From: Eledone cirrhosa
Taxonomy: Eukaryota
Direction of reading: 5' to 3'
NCBI GenBank assembly: GCA_964016885.1
Contig: OZ024740.1
Coordinates: forward strand, 301,940,001 to 302,004,000
DNA length: 64,000 nucleotides
Shown here in pieces: positions 14,273 to 28,385 of the stretch. The notes beneath the pieces were generated by a model. The model saw only the letters and a program-made list of their open reading frames with translations, was not told the origin of the DNA and did not search any database. A program made the translations under genes and the position numbers. Numbering within the stretch: position 1 is the first letter of the stretch; each line of letters starts with the position of its first letter.

Positions 14273-14818
14273 TGGTGCATTATCTCATCTACCTCGTAAG
14301 GATGAAAGTCAAAGCTAACCTCGGTAGAATGTGTACTCAGGACGTAAAGGGCCATAACTCTATGCTGCAAAGTGTGGTGTCTGACGCTCTACCGATACGA
14401 GAATAATGGTTTCTTATATAGGCACAAGGCCAGCAATTTTGGGGGAGGGTAAGTCGGTTTAATCAACCCAGTACGTGACTGGTATATTATTTTATCGACC
14501 CCGTAAGGATGAAAGGTGAAGTTAACCTCGGCTGGATTTGAACTCAGAACATGAAGCGCCGTAGCACTATGCTGCAAAGCATGGGGCCCGACCCTCAACC
14601 TATACTGCCAATCCACCGATACTACAATAATTGTTTCTACTGTTGGCACAAGGCCAGCAATTATCCAGTGCATTACTGGTACTTTATTTTATCGACCCCG
14701 TAAGGATGAAAGGCAAAGTTAACCTCGGCGGTATTTGAACTCAGAATGACAAGAGCCGTAACTCAATGTGTCAAAGCAAGGTGTCCGACCCTCTACCGAT
14801 ACTGCCAATCCACCAGCC
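14273..14818 (-). mobile_element. Three head-to-tail SINE family 1 copies (14273-14400, 14401-14622, 14626-14818)
   Basis: Three repeats of GTAAGGATGAAAG..AAGTTAACCTCGG..GAACTCAG..CTCTACCGATAC. Confidence 0.85.
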
Positions 14819-14916
14819 ACTTATATGTCATAGGTGTCCATTCCATATTTGTCAAATCTCAGAATTGATGTAGCATGAAAGGAAAATGAAATATAGGAAA
14901 TTTAGGCCGATTAAAA

Positions 14917-16140
14917 ATGTTGTTTGTGGTGCTAGTGTTGGTGGTGTTGGTGTTGTTGTTGGTGTTGGCGTTGATGATAGTGGTGGAAGTGGTGGTACTA
15001 GTAGTAGCAGTTTTGGCGTGGGCAGAAACGACGATGTTGATAGTGGTGGTAGTGTTGGTGTTGATGGTGGTGCTGCTGGTGGTACTAATGGTTTTGACGG
15101 CGGCAAATACAAACCGTAATGGTAGTGGATGTAGTGTTGGTGGTGATGATGTTGGTGGTTGTGGTGCTAGTGGTAGTGCTGGTGGTGGTGGTGTTGGCGG
15201 TGGTGGTAATAATAGTTTTGTTGGCGACCGAGACGACGATGTTGGTACTGGTGGTAGTGTTGTTATTGATGGTGGTGGTGCTGGTGGTGGTGGTAGTAAC
15301 AGTAGTTTTGGCGTCGGTAGACACGACGTTGATGGTAGTGATGGTTATGTTAGTGATGATAGTTGTGTTGTTGTTTGTTGTGGAGGTAGTAGTCATTTTG
15401 GCGGCGCAGAGATGACGGTGGTGGTAGTTTTGTTGTCGGTGGTAGAGTTGGTTGTGTTGGTGGTGATGTTGATTGTGGTGCTGGTACTGATGGTGGTGGT
15501 GATGGCGGTACTATTAGTTTTGACGGCAGCAGACACGATGCTGGTGGTAGTGGTGATGGTGTTGTTGGTGACGGTTGCGTTAGTGTTGGTGTTGGTGGTA
15601 GTAGTAGTTTTAGCGGCGGCAGGTATAATGGTAGGAGTGGTAGTGTTGGTGGTGATGGTAGTAGTAGTAGTAGTAGTAGTATGATGATGATGATGATGAG
15701 GAGGAGGAGGAGGAGGAGGGGTAGTAGGAGGAGGAGGGGGGGGGGGCGGAATTTAGCGGCGGCAGACACGACGGGGATGGTAGTAGTGTAGGTGGTGTTG
15801 GCTTTCATAGTGGTTGTGGTGAAAGTGGAATTTTTGCTGGCGGCAGAGACGACTATGTTGGTATTGGTCGTAGTGTTGGTGGTGATGGTGATGGTGCAGG
15901 TGATGGCGCTGACTGTGGTGGTGATGGTGGTGCTATTAGTTGTGACGTAGGCAACACAGCAGTGATGGTAGTGGCGGCAGTGTCGGTGGTGATGGTTGTA
16001 TTGTTGTTGGTGGTGGTGCTGGTAGTAGTAGTTTTGTCGGAGGTAGAGATGACAGTGCAGGTAGTAGAGGTAGTGTTTTTGGTGATTTGTGGTGGTTTTG
16101 GCGTATTGGTGGTAATATTGATACTGTTGATGTGTTTGTG
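14917..16140. repeat. Degenerate (GGT/AGT/TGT)n low-complexity tract with recurring GTTTTGGCGGCGGCAGAGACGACG-like subunits
   Basis: Trinucleotide-periodic GT-rich sequence with an irregularly spaced (~60-110 bp) recurring motif. It produces the poly-V and poly-T ORFs. Confidence 0.85.
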
Positions 16141-16234
16141 ACGAGGGAGGGGGATTATGAGTAGATGGTGAGCTTGGCTGTGTTTAAAAAGTTTGAAATC
16201 ATGTTGTCCGTCTGTTGATGTCACTGAGTAACAT

Positions 16235-16401
16235 GTTGGGCAAACGCCATGCTTTGACGCATAGAATTACGGCCCTTGCCATTCTGAGTTCAAATCCCGC
16301 CGATGTTAAGTTTGCCTTTCATCCTTACGGGGTCGATAAAATAAAGTACCAGTAATGTACTGGGTAATTGCTAGCCTTGTGCCAATAGTAGAAACAATTA
16401 T
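16235..16401 (+). mobile_element. SINE family 1
   Basis: GAGTTCAAATCC B box and GCCTTTCATCCTTACGGGGTCGATAAAATAAAGTACCAG block. Confidence 0.85.
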
Positions 16402-19400
16402 ATTGATCCTGGTCATAATATTTAGCAAGTCACGAACTCCGTACTTTATGAAACTAAATATTGTAATTCCCAATTACCATATAATTGTAGTATATTTAAT
16501 CCGAGAAATGCGTAATGCGTCAGTAAAGTTATTATTCTGCGAATGGAAATGGAAATTCCATATATTTTACTCTTAGTATTTAATGAAAGGACTTGTAGCT
16601 GAGTCCTGTAAACTTAGTAATATAACTTTCTCATTATTAAACTGGCTTAAAAGTTCTATTCAAAATTTAGGGAAGATTTTTAGATATATATAAACACTGT
16701 AAAACGAATACTGTGTGTGTGTGCGCACAACAACGCGGATATGATCCGAACGTCGAAGAGCCGAACGTTTCAAGAATGGAATCATCGACGAAACTGAACA
16801 ATCGCAGTTGTCAGAAGATTTGTTGATATATGTGCAATGTGGCTCTCTTAATGTAAAACCATTTGAACTGTTGATTTATTTCTGATGCAGCAAAAGTGCC
16901 AGTTATGCGGAATTGGAATATGGAGAGTTATATATATTAGGTATTGCCTTAAAGCATTGACGTTGCAATGATGGGAACCACTGTTTGGGGCACGTATTTT
17001 ATTATTTAATAGTATACCATAAATCGAACACTAATGTAATGCAGCTCACACATAATTGTGAAAAATAATCATTTGATTCTAAAGCATGGCTTGAGATTGA
17101 AAGTTTTGACTTATTTCGTCTTTCCTAATCAGAGTGAAAGCTGACCTGAGAAACAGAGTATATTGCGAGCTCTAATGATTGCTGAGTAATTAATCTTAAA
17201 CGTTACAAGAAGTCCTTTGCAAAATCGATTAAATTAGGTTTCATTGACTATGTATACATACGCGTTGGACTGCAATTTCTGATCAATACACGGATGCTTG
17301 GTAGTAAATACATGTGTCTGAACATAGGAAATATATATAATATATATGTGTGTGTGTGTATGTGTGTGAGTGTGTGTGTGTTTGTGATTGTGTGTGTATA
17401 TGTAATACCTACATAGATTAATGTGTCCTTGTGTTTGATTTGTTCGTGAACAGTATTTTGTATGTAGCTTATACACCTCCACGCGGAAAACATTGATCAA
17501 TGCTACCTCCCACGTCGCATTAGACCACTAACAAAGAACAACCTGCATAATTGATTGCTATACAAAAATTGCATACACTCATTCACATGCATTCACGAAT
17601 TCACGTACAGAATCAAACATATATATTCGTAATTATTCACAGTTACGTACCTAACATGTATTCTGCGGATAGATATTTATCGAAAGAAAACCTAACAGAA
17701 AAAAAGGTATAAATTGCAATTGCATGTATTGTGTACATTTGTTGTTAGGCAATTTTGATGTCGAGGGGAAAAGACCAAAGCCCATAAAGGGTTACTATCT
17801 CAACAGTCGGCGCTGTTTCCGTCTTCAAAATTCCACTCTCAAGTTATAGTTTAATTTGAGACTATAGTAGAATGCCTCACACAATGGATTAACAAAAAAA
17901 CACATGACCTTTTTTAGTTCACAATTTCTTTTGGAAATTTCAGTTCGTCTGCTTAGCTCAAAAATATAATTAACGATATCGATATATCTTGATATGATGA
18001 AGCTATTCAGAAGCCCAACGGGAATAGCGCACAAACAAAAAATGTTTAAGCGTATCATATTAAAGATTTGTTTATTTTCATAAAACTATTGCTCGATAGG
18101 CCTACTTCCAATACAACTAGGGGATTTCTAGTTTGAAAGCATAGCATTACGAAAACTGCAGGATGGAAAAAAAATCACTATGTGTAGAATTTGGTTGATG
18201 GACACTCTGCAGAACTTCATTTGAATGGGTGTTCCTGTTCCTGAGATGTAGATATATTCCATATGGTTATAGTGTGCTTTAAGCGGTGTCTACTTTGTTG
18301 CAAGCATCCAACACAAATCTCCTCCATTTGACGATAATCAGGTGCGACATATCTCGGGTGTCTTAAAAAGGCTTCTGGGGTTGTCCTTCCTCTTTTGTCA
18401 AAATTATTTCAACATATAATACATGGATGCTAGATAACTGCGGCTATATATGATTTTCGATATTCAGAAATGTTCAAGATATTCTGAGATGTTTGAGCTA
18501 GTTGTCAGGTTAGTTTGGCGTAATATCGATATTTACAAAGACATAAAATATGAAAAATATGAATAAATTGTTTTTATGGAAGTATTGTGTATATGTTATT
18601 CCCTACATAATTCTACAATGTTATACGAACACTGAGATCACATTACCATGTCTAGAATTTTATCAATATAAGCAGAATCGTTAACTTGTCAACAAATTAT
18701 GGGGCTTATATGAAAATTCTATCGCACTGTTAACTTCATTTTTAGAGCGTATATTTCCATTCACCATATAATACTATATATTGATTTGATCGAAATTCGA
18801 TGCTCGTCAGGCATTTTGTTTCTCATTATGTATGTTCGTCTAGTTTGAATCAAGGGAACAATCGGAGTAAACGAAGGGTAATAATGGTTCTATCTACAAA
18901 ACAGCGAGAATTAAATGTTGTTAATATGTATTTCCAATATAGGGGTGCAGATTTAACACGTTTACAACAATAGCTCCCCTTAAACCTTTAATAAGCAAGA
19001 GCATGTCTGCTTTGATAATGATTACATGCTCCACATATGGCTACCTTGTTGGTAATCGGCTTACTTAATGCTGATTGTATAGTCAAATATTTCAAAAGCT
19101 GAAATATATAAATCCATTTATTGTTGCATTTCCTTAAATACCAGCAAGCAAGAAGTCGCTCCATGATTCAGCAGCTATCTTTTATTGGTTTAAAACCGCT
19201 TTCAATTGAAAAGCACGCTTCTTTAAATTAAACTTTATACTAAACATATTTATCTCCTTCTGCTAACCCCAACTTCCTCACACTCTCGCTCACACTCGAA
19301 TCATACATTTCAATAGTACATTACCCTCTCCTGTATATTTCCCCCCTCTCTCTCTCTGTATATCTCCCCTCTCTCTCTCTCCATCTCTCTCGCTCTATAT

Positions 19401-19984
19401 ATCTATCTATCTATCTATCTCCCGTTCTTTCATTATTTCTCTCTCTCACTAACACACGCACTCTGTCTCCACACACCTCCCTCTCTAGAGTTCTAAATCG
19501 CAATGGAAAGATTTTCTATGCTCTACATTAATATAAGTATATAATATAATGCGTGAAGAAAACATGCTCAAGAAGACTTCTCATGGACATACTATAGTTA
19601 GATATCTTCCAATATGATTATAGTGTTGACTCCCAAATAATGTTTAATCAATTTAAATTATAATATCCATGTGACGAACATTAGCAGCATTAAAGATAAT
19701 GTTTTCAGGGTAGGCATTTGAGAGAACGTGGCAATTTAAAACTACTTCATTGATTACAAATACAGAAAAAAAGAAACACAGTCCGGTTCAATTTTCTCTT
19801 CAGAATAAACCTAGAGACGAATGCAGCAAAAACTATTTTAACCCAATAATCAAACACCTCCAAATATATATCTTATGACATTCCATGAGGACAACCTTTT
19901 CCCAACAGGTGAGTAAATACCACAGAGCACACGTTCAAACTTAAAATGAACAACTAACTCATGTTCTATTTCTTCTATTTCTTT

Positions 19985-20340
19985 TTTCATCTTCTTTGCC
20001 CATATATTTCTGAGAGGATCGTGATGGAAAAGTCCTGAAACACGCCTTCCAGCGGGTCCTGTCAGAAGCATCTGTTTCCAACAGATCCTGCCTGATCCCC
20101 AAGCAAGACCAGCCGAGCTCATGAAGGTTATCCAAACATCTTGCTCCGGGTCTATCTCTGGGTATCTTGCCTTTTGGTTTTGCCCTTAAAATCTGTCCAG
20201 CGAGTCTCTCTGAGATATTTTTACCACATGCTGTAATATCGGACATGTGATCTATGAATTGTGAGAAGTAGCGGCGCTAACTCAATCGAATCTCTCATTT
20301 CCGAGCTACGCACTATATCAAGTAATGTTACACCTTAAAC
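19985..20340 (-). mobile_element. Decayed RTE LINE 3' fragment
   Basis: ORF 19959-20246 'SERLAGQILRAKPKGKIPRDRPGARCLDNLHELGWSCLGI..ASDRTRWK' is an RTE C-terminus. Confidence 0.75.
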
Positions 20341-20966
20341 AATTAATAACAAAAGATATATGCATCCTTTCAGAAAGAAAAAACTACCCAACAGTGTAAT
20401 GATTTAGAAGAAATCCGTATTGTAAGATAGAAATGCCATCAAAATATTTACAGCCTAATACACAAAACATCTTATCTCATACAGCTATATTGACTAAAAT
20501 AGATTTGCTGCCATATAAACATATTTCTTATTTAATAAGAACATAATCGCTAATTGTATTCAATGCTACATCTTACAGAATCGGTCTAGGATATTTCATT
20601 TATAATACCAGGAAATCGGCGATATAATTACATTATTAGCAGATTGTGAAGTACATGAGTTGAGGCCCCCATCACATTGTGGAGAACAGAATCCAATCAC
20701 CTTCAAACATACATTTCCCAACAACACAAGGGCAGACACCCAATACCACAATTGCACGTGTAATACAAGTGCATCCAAATCAGCGGAACAATAATCTACT
20801 CACATCAAACGAAATGCTAAATGAGATATTCCCAGCTCAAACCATCCGATGTGTTTAACAAAATATTAAACAGTAATTGTAAAAAGATTTTTGAAGTTAC
20901 CGTTGTATAAAACTTTATATGTATGTATAGAAATATGATTTTGCTTCTAGCATGACATTCATACAA

Positions 20967-21302
20967 ATATGTATAAACATTTCGTATTTCTAAGGAGACA
21001 TGGTTTTAGGAAGCCGTAGCTATGCAAACACCGGGGCTAAAGCCCTCTGGTGGTGTCCAGCAGAGGCAAGGGGGACAACCGTCTATGCATTTCAGGCTTG
21101 ACGGGCCTCGACTGCTTTCAAGTCCACCAGTTGAAAGCAGTGGGAGGGACCGTCCCGAAAAAGGCCAGTCAAGCCTGAAATGCATAGACGGTTGTCCCCC
21201 TTGCTTCTGCTGGACACCACCAGAGGGCGTTAGCCCGGTGTTTGCATGGCTACGGCTTCCTAAAACCGTGTTACTTTAGAAATACGAAATTTCTATACAT
21301 AT
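20967..21302. mobile_element. MITE-like fold-back element with ~140-bp terminal inverted repeats
   Basis: 20967-21108 is the reverse complement of 21162-21302 with few mismatches. The GC-rich arms enclose an internal ACTGCTTTCAA/TTGAAAGCAGT hairpin, and the flanks are TA-rich. Confidence 0.7.
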
Positions 21303-21391
21303 CTATATATATAATCTCAGCAGCTAACTATAGAAATGTTCGTTTTCAGTACATTGTTTAACTGTGGTTACCCGGCCGAAACTATTCGGGA

Positions 21392-21487
<96 letters not shown>

Positions 21488-21752
21488 TATCGAGAATCGG
21501 AACTTCGGCCCACGAAATAACGAAAAAACAATCTTCGAAAAGTGCGGCAAAGTGCTCAATGGTTCGGATAAACCAGAGCTAAAACTAACGTTTAATACCA
21601 ACACACTGAGACGATGCTTAAACAATCATTCGCACAGCCAAAAATACGACGAAGAAAATTCGGGTCAAACAAATAAAAATATATATGAATGAATAATTAT
21701 ATATGAATGAAAAAAAAAAAATAATAATAAAAAAATATATATATATATATAT

Positions 21753-22058
21753 ATTGGTAAACGGAATAGAAAATGCTGACAAATTGTTCACAGTTGAAAA
21801 ATGGTTTAATTAGAAATAAAAGAGTATTAGTGATTGTATGGGTTAGTATTCAGTTGTGGTTTTAAGTTTTTAAGTTTTTACCGGATGTGCATTTCTAAAT
21901 GCTTTTCAAAAATAATTTTGAGATAGAGTGTCCGTGCTGTTTGCTCTGATCTTAAAACCAAAACTGAATACTAACCAATACAATTACTAATTCTCATTTA
22001 TTCCTAATTAAACTATTTTTCACTGTGAACAATTTGTCAGCATTTTCTATTCCGTTTA

Positions 22059-22063
<5 letters not shown>
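21753..22063. mobile_element. Fold-back insert with ~110-bp imperfect inverted arms between (TA)n tracts
   Basis: TTGGTAAACGGAATAGAAAATGCTGACAAATTGTTCACAGT... is mirrored by ...ACTGTGAACAATTTGTCAGCATTTTCTATTCCGTTTACCAA. Confidence 0.7.
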
Positions 22064-22137
<74 letters not shown>

Positions 22138-25100
22138 GGGCGAAGGCTTCAAAAACATCATCTTTGTCCATTCCCTTGTCGTTCTCGTTTGGTGTGTCAC
22201 AAGAATGTAACCTTGTTATGCAATGAAACACTCTGATTAAATTATGAAACTTTTTGCTCCGAATCGCGTGACCACTGTCGTGGTTGAAATATGTACCACA
22301 GCTTTATCAATAAAGGACTTTAATATCTGCAACTTCTTCGCATTTCTTATTATATATATATGTGTGTGTGTGTGTATATATCTGTCAGTATTTGATGGCT
22401 GAAAAAAAAGAATACTCGATACTGAAGTAAATATTTAAAATTCATTTATTAAGTCTAAGTCGTGAGTCTTCTTACTCTGGGTTTTCACCAGTTTATCACA
22501 GGGTCATCAAACTAGAACTGTCTCTATATATAATTTATACCATTCATAACCTTGTCTGTAATATTTTTGTTTTCTCCTGCTAAAATGGAGACATTTATCA
22601 TCGGATCAGTAGAACAATCACCATGTTCTCTTAATATATTCTCTTATAACATGTTATCACACATTATAACATATAAAAAATTAATATGTCTTCGAATTCA
22701 AAGTTAACATATAAAGTGAAGAAGTTGTATAACATCAGTAGATAATTGCTGTTTCTTCATTTTAATCTATTTTGTTATTGCGTGTATATGTTTGACGTCT
22801 GAACGAGTATTTTTCCACCTCTAAATAACGTTCCATTCGCCTTTTGTCCCAGCTGACAAGACGGATAAAACATGGCCCCGGAGGAGAGTGAATGAGACGC
22901 TTTTTAACAGTCACTCCCCCTCTCAGGAATCACACCTGGAGGCATAGAACATAGTCAATTGTTTAAATATTTTCAACATGTATCACTGACAAGAGATCCA
23001 GTCTACTATATTCATTATTATCGTATTTCACATCAATACCAGCTGGAAGTATTAGCGACATTGTAGCGATTTCTAAGTTTAATAGATTCCTACATTGTAA
23101 ATGCGAGGTTTACGGACATCCTTTCATACATAGGTATCATATCGGAAGATCTAAAACATAATGATGTTTCAATTAATAACTTGTTTCCTTCTAAGACGGT
23201 TTCCCTGTTAAACGCACTGACAATGAAGCACAACCCATTCGCATATATGCGCACACAAAATCTCACTCACGCACACACACATACGCACACGTGCACTTAT
23301 TCATCTAAGTAAAGTTTCACTTGCTAAAGTCACATTTATTGATGTATGCTAGAAATTAATGAGCTGCGAAAGTCTGAATAACACAACCCTGTTTCTTTCT
23401 TTGTTTTTTGTTTTTTTGTTCTTAGTCTAGATAATTATGAATCAAGTATACATACGTACAAAGAGTACGTTTCAACAGCCACAACATATCATTCATATAT
23501 ATTGCATCAAGGACTATCTACGGCTCTTTTATTCAACGCATCCACCATAACAATAATAAGATTCTACGTTATTTGAAAGAATTTCGCTATATTTTTAACC
23601 GGATGATTGATCACGTAAAGGCATTTAATGTTGCTCTGCAGTGTTTGCTGTTTTATCCCCAAGCAACCTTGAGTAAGCTGATTTGATTAACAACATTCCA
23701 TCCACAACAACCTCGTATTTATAGAGGTTCGTAGAAATATATTATACATTACTTCCCTTGATACTTTTCTATAATTTAGTTGATCTTTTAGAAATTTTAT
23801 CGATAGTATACACGTTATTACGATAGTATTTTGAAAGAAACATTACTTAGTCAGACAAAGGCTATGTTGTATTTTTTCTGGCTTGTTATTTTCTAATTAT
23901 AAATTCTACTGAGGTTTTAATTCTTTCGAGGTCAAAATTAGAAAGTTTAACATACCCTCCCTCTGAGCATGGCAGTGTGCCATCATACGGATTATACAGG
24001 ACCTCCCTGTACAAAATGTTGATATAAGAAGGGCAGTCTGAAAAGTGGAAAGTTACCTTTCCCCAACAAGCGAGGGTGCAGAAGCCCCAGCCTAGTGAAA
24101 TACATCTAGTACGATATGGCAGTCAAGCAGTAACAGAATGTTGTATTTACCCGCGTAGATGGGATTCTACTCCCCATCAATGAATACTGAAATATAGAAA
24201 AAGCGTAAGACATACTTTATCAAGTCAATTTTCGTAATAGTAATTTCCTCTTTTACAAAACATCTCTTCATTGTTCGGGTTTATCCTATTTACATTATTG
24301 GTTTTATTTGCCGCCTTTACAGGGTGTCTATTATATAGTGATTTTCTATGGCATCATATTGTTTTCTTTGGCTATATTAGCAAGTATTGATAAGATTCCC
24401 TTCTATCATCCAGCATAAGTAAGGCACGTTGCATCTCAATATTTCCAGATTTTAGAGCCAATGTATGGTTTGCACCTTATTCCTGTGCTTCCTATTCTCC
24501 TCACACGTATTGCAGCTAGTGCTACGTGATTTAATTATATTACCTACTGTTTTATTCAACGTTGTATATACACAAGGCGACAATGCCAGATATTGTATAA
24601 ACAGTAGTATTTTTAGCATTATTGTTGATTATTATTATTACCATTGTTGTTGTTATTATTATTATTATTATTATAATTATTATGATTATTATTAGAGGTA
24701 GTAGTAGTAGTAGTAGCAGCAGTAGTAGTAGTAGTAGTAGTAGTAGTAACATCCGCAACAACAGCAGCGGAGGAGGAGTGATGGCTGTGATGTTGGTTGG
24801 TGATGAATTTCGCAAATATATGTATATTTTTTTTTTAATGAATAAAAGATAAATGAAATGAAAGTGCTAAATACTTAAACACGCGAAATGAAAGAAACAA
24901 AAACAAACCGCCCCCTCCCCCATGAAAGAAGCAAACAAGAGATAAACAAACGGCAAAGCCAACCAGTAATTACAACTAAAACAACAAAAGACAAACATGA
25001 GATGAAGGCGTGGAATAATGATGTTCTGTATTAGCAAAGTTAAACAAACAAATGTACAAAGAAAAGTATAAATGAACAAACACTTAAAGGAGAAATATAA

Positions 25101-25265
25101 TCAAGAATAAAATAATTTAGCCACAATTAATAATGAAAATATCTGAACAATAGAATGCTTAATATTATTGAGTTAAACAGTGGGAAAGGGAAAAAATTAA
25201 GTAGATGCAGAATTAAGATCAAATAACACACATACACTAACACATGCACACACGCTTACACATGT

Positions 25266-25317
<52 letters not shown>

Positions 25318-25406
25318 TCTAGATATGTTTGTGTATACATACACATATATATGTATGGATATGTATATATATGCATATATATATATATATATATACGTAC
25401 ATATAT

Positions 25407-25460
<54 letters not shown>

Positions 25461-25474
25461 ATATATATACATGA

Positions 25475-25600
<126 letters not shown>

Positions 25601-26003
25601 ATATATATATATTTGTGCCTCTGTGTATGCATATGTAGGTATATATACATGTGTGCATGCATGTGTGCTTGTGGGTCTGTGTGTAACAAAACAGAAATAA
25701 CTATCAGCATGCATTGAATTAATGCAGAAATAGAATTAAGAGGAAAACATTGGCAAATGACAAATTTTATTTAAATGAAAGAATGTCGATGACAGCAAAC
25801 AGAGAAAGCCATTTGCTGAGAAAACAAATCGAAAAATTTCGGAAATTAGCAAAAATGAATAAACAAAAAAATAAGACGAATGCAACATCTAAAACATGTA
25901 AGCATATTGCCTTGTGTATATATTACGGAGGCGTTTATATTTACTAGTGAACCCATGCCGTCAAAAAATAGATGGCGATGCTCTCACACACACACACACA
26001 CAC

Positions 26004-26042
<39 letters not shown>

Positions 26043-26050
<8 letters not shown>

Positions 26051-26414
26051 TAAGCGGAATTCCAACTTTGTCTGATTTACTCGTTTTATTTACAATCCTT
26101 TAAAATTTATAATGGTATTATAATGAAATAGTATGATAGAATATTAAATTCTAAGTGTTAATTGAACAAGTACTTTCATGCTTTCGCAATCTTCAGGTTC
26201 ATAATATGCGGAGACAGTCAAGTTTGCATGCAAACTTGACTGTCACCACATATTATGAACCTGAAGATTGCGAAAGCATGAAAGTACTTGTTCAATTAAC
26301 ACTTAGAATTTAATATTCTATCATACTATTTCATTATAATACCATTATAAATTTTAAAGGATTGTAAATAAAACGAGTAAATCAGACAAAGTTGGAATTC
26401 CTCTTATTAATATA
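26043..26414. mobile_element. 372-bp near-perfect palindrome carrying a hammerhead on each strand (family C)
   Basis: Axis between 26228 and 26229 (TTTGCA|TGCAAA), with only ~3 mismatches between arms. Flanked by TA and CT tracts. Confidence 0.85.
26256..26294 (+). ncRNA. Minimal type I hammerhead ribozyme (mirror copy at 26163-26201 on minus)
   Basis: UGAAC-CUGAAGA-U-UGC GAAA GCA-U-GAAA-GUAC-UU-GUUCA. Stem I 5 bp, stem II with GAAA tetraloop, palindromic AGUACU stem III, CUU site. Confidence 0.8.
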
Positions 26415-26491
26415 ATCTTCTATACACAATCATACACACCCGTGAATATTTATCTATCTCTCTCTCTCTCTATATATATATATAAATATGC

Positions 26492-26526
<35 letters not shown>

Positions 26527-26747
26527 ATAAAAGTCCGTGTTCCTACATGTAAAAAATACACATAGGGATACAAGTATTGTACAATCGTATGCCAGTGTGG
26601 TTCAATGGCAGGTTAATAAATTAACATGTCAGAACCGCGGTAAAGGCACATATTGTAAGTACAGTGAAATTTGGGAAATTTATTTTAAAAATTCTTCTCT
26701 ATTTGCTAAACCTTGATTTTATATATATATATATATATATACATACT

Positions 26748-26876
26748 GAAGGAAGGTTGGTAAGGACCAGGTGGATGATAACGCACTCGTTCTTTTGGGT
26801 AGTAGATTGGGTAATAGGAAATGGGAAATAGCCGTCGAAACGGCTTGAGCTTTGCCGTCGGGGTCCTGAACATGTT

Positions 26877-26880
<4 letters not shown>
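26748..26880. mobile_element. Family B PLE-like fragment, head-to-head inverted
   Basis: Minus-strand tail (CCTATTACCCAATCTACTACCC..) joined to plus-strand GAAATAGCCGTCGAAACGGCTTGAGCTTTGCCGTCGGGGTCC. TA flanks. Confidence 0.7.
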
Positions 26881-26929
<49 letters not shown>

Positions 26930-27244
26930 AAAGTCTTCGAAGGAATGTGAGAAGATAATTTAAAGGCACAGCTCTGGCTGTATTGAAGTGGAAGAGAAAG
27001 ATCCCCTAGATGGATAGATAGAATGATAACAGTTTATGGGAAACATTTTAAAATAAGTCGTAAAGAAATGGTCTATCTTAAAATAACCAAGCTCGCTTCA
27101 CAGACAATGGGATTGAAAGAGGTTGTTATAATAGTTACGAAGTTTATACACACACGCACTCATACACACACACCCACACACCCACGCACACACACACAAA
27201 CACACACACAAACACACACACACACACACACACACCACACACCC

Positions 27245-27291
<47 letters not shown>

Positions 27292-27294
<3 letters not shown>

Positions 27295-27412
27295 TATGAG
27301 AGAGAAGCTTTCTCAATACCGAAATAGTGTATTAAAATTCATTGTATCATGGCTATATAAGTGAGTCTTGATACTCTGGAGTTTCGTCTATTTATCAGCG
27401 TGTCATCAGAAT
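27292..27412 (-). mobile_element. PLE-like terminal fragment with HHR core (family D); related decayed copy at 22385-22520
   Basis: Minus strand: CUGAUGA-cacgcugauaaauagac-GAAA-CUC CA GAG-UA-ucaagacuc. Stem II is weak and stem I is truncated. Confidence 0.55.
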
Positions 27413-27497
27413 ATATATATGTGTAGTGTCTCAAAAGTTACTATCCATTTTGTTGCACTTATTGCTATTCAAATCATATAAAGACTATTAAAACATC

Positions 27498-27541
<44 letters not shown>

Positions 27542-28016
27542 GTGTGTGTCTATGTTTGTATGTGTGTATGTTCATGGAAATTGCTGTAGTTCAGATGTTC
27601 TAGCATGAAAAATATATATGAATACATTCATATACACAGCCATACATGCATATTTATGGTTTCAGTGAGAGGAGAGTGGGTGACAAAGAGCGATGGATAA
27701 ACCTAAGCACACATAAAAAACATTCACAAACAAATTTATATAATATATAGGGCTGAGAGCCCTATATATTATATTTAACGTACGTTCTCAGGCTTTCAAA
27801 GATCTTTGATGTTACTCTCAGTTTTATAAAATAAATATTTAAATATGTATACCTTGTTCAATTAACCGATGTTGTTTTCATATAATTAAAAGTCCGTAAA
27901 TATATGCGTGTGTAGGTCTATGCATAATGTACATATAATAATCCCTTGTGTTTATAGGATAGCACGCTCAAAATGTATACTACAGACCATGTGACTATGT
28001 ATAAGATAGGTTATAT

Positions 28017-28075
<59 letters not shown>

Positions 28076-28385
28076 ATATATATATATGTATATTTGTGTA
28101 TCTGTGTATGTATGTGTGTGTGTTGTGTGTGTTTCCGTGAGTTTCAAAACAGTAATTTTATATAACTTTATGTAATTAGAAAGATTCATTTTATAAGGGT
28201 ATTTGTTGGTCCATGTAGACGTGGGAGAGGCGTTATCTTGTAAATCACGGAACGGAAATAAATCAGCAGAATCATGAATTTATAAAATAGTTGTAGACAG
28301 ATTTCCCTTCAGAAATACCACATAAACAGCAAATACTCAGGCATAAATACACACACAGATATACTACACACATACATATTATGAC

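Noticed and set aside
14917-15684. 255-aa Val/Gly-rich ORF as a membrane or structural protein
   Set aside because: By-product of a degenerate GGT trinucleotide tract, with overlapping low-complexity ORFs in several frames.
19804-19908. Exon-like segment with AG/GTGAGT boundaries
   Set aside because: Stops in all three frames.
21482-21692. Possible PLE linker peptide (KPELKLTFNTNTLRRCLNN)
   Set aside because: Too short and without diagnostic motifs to call.
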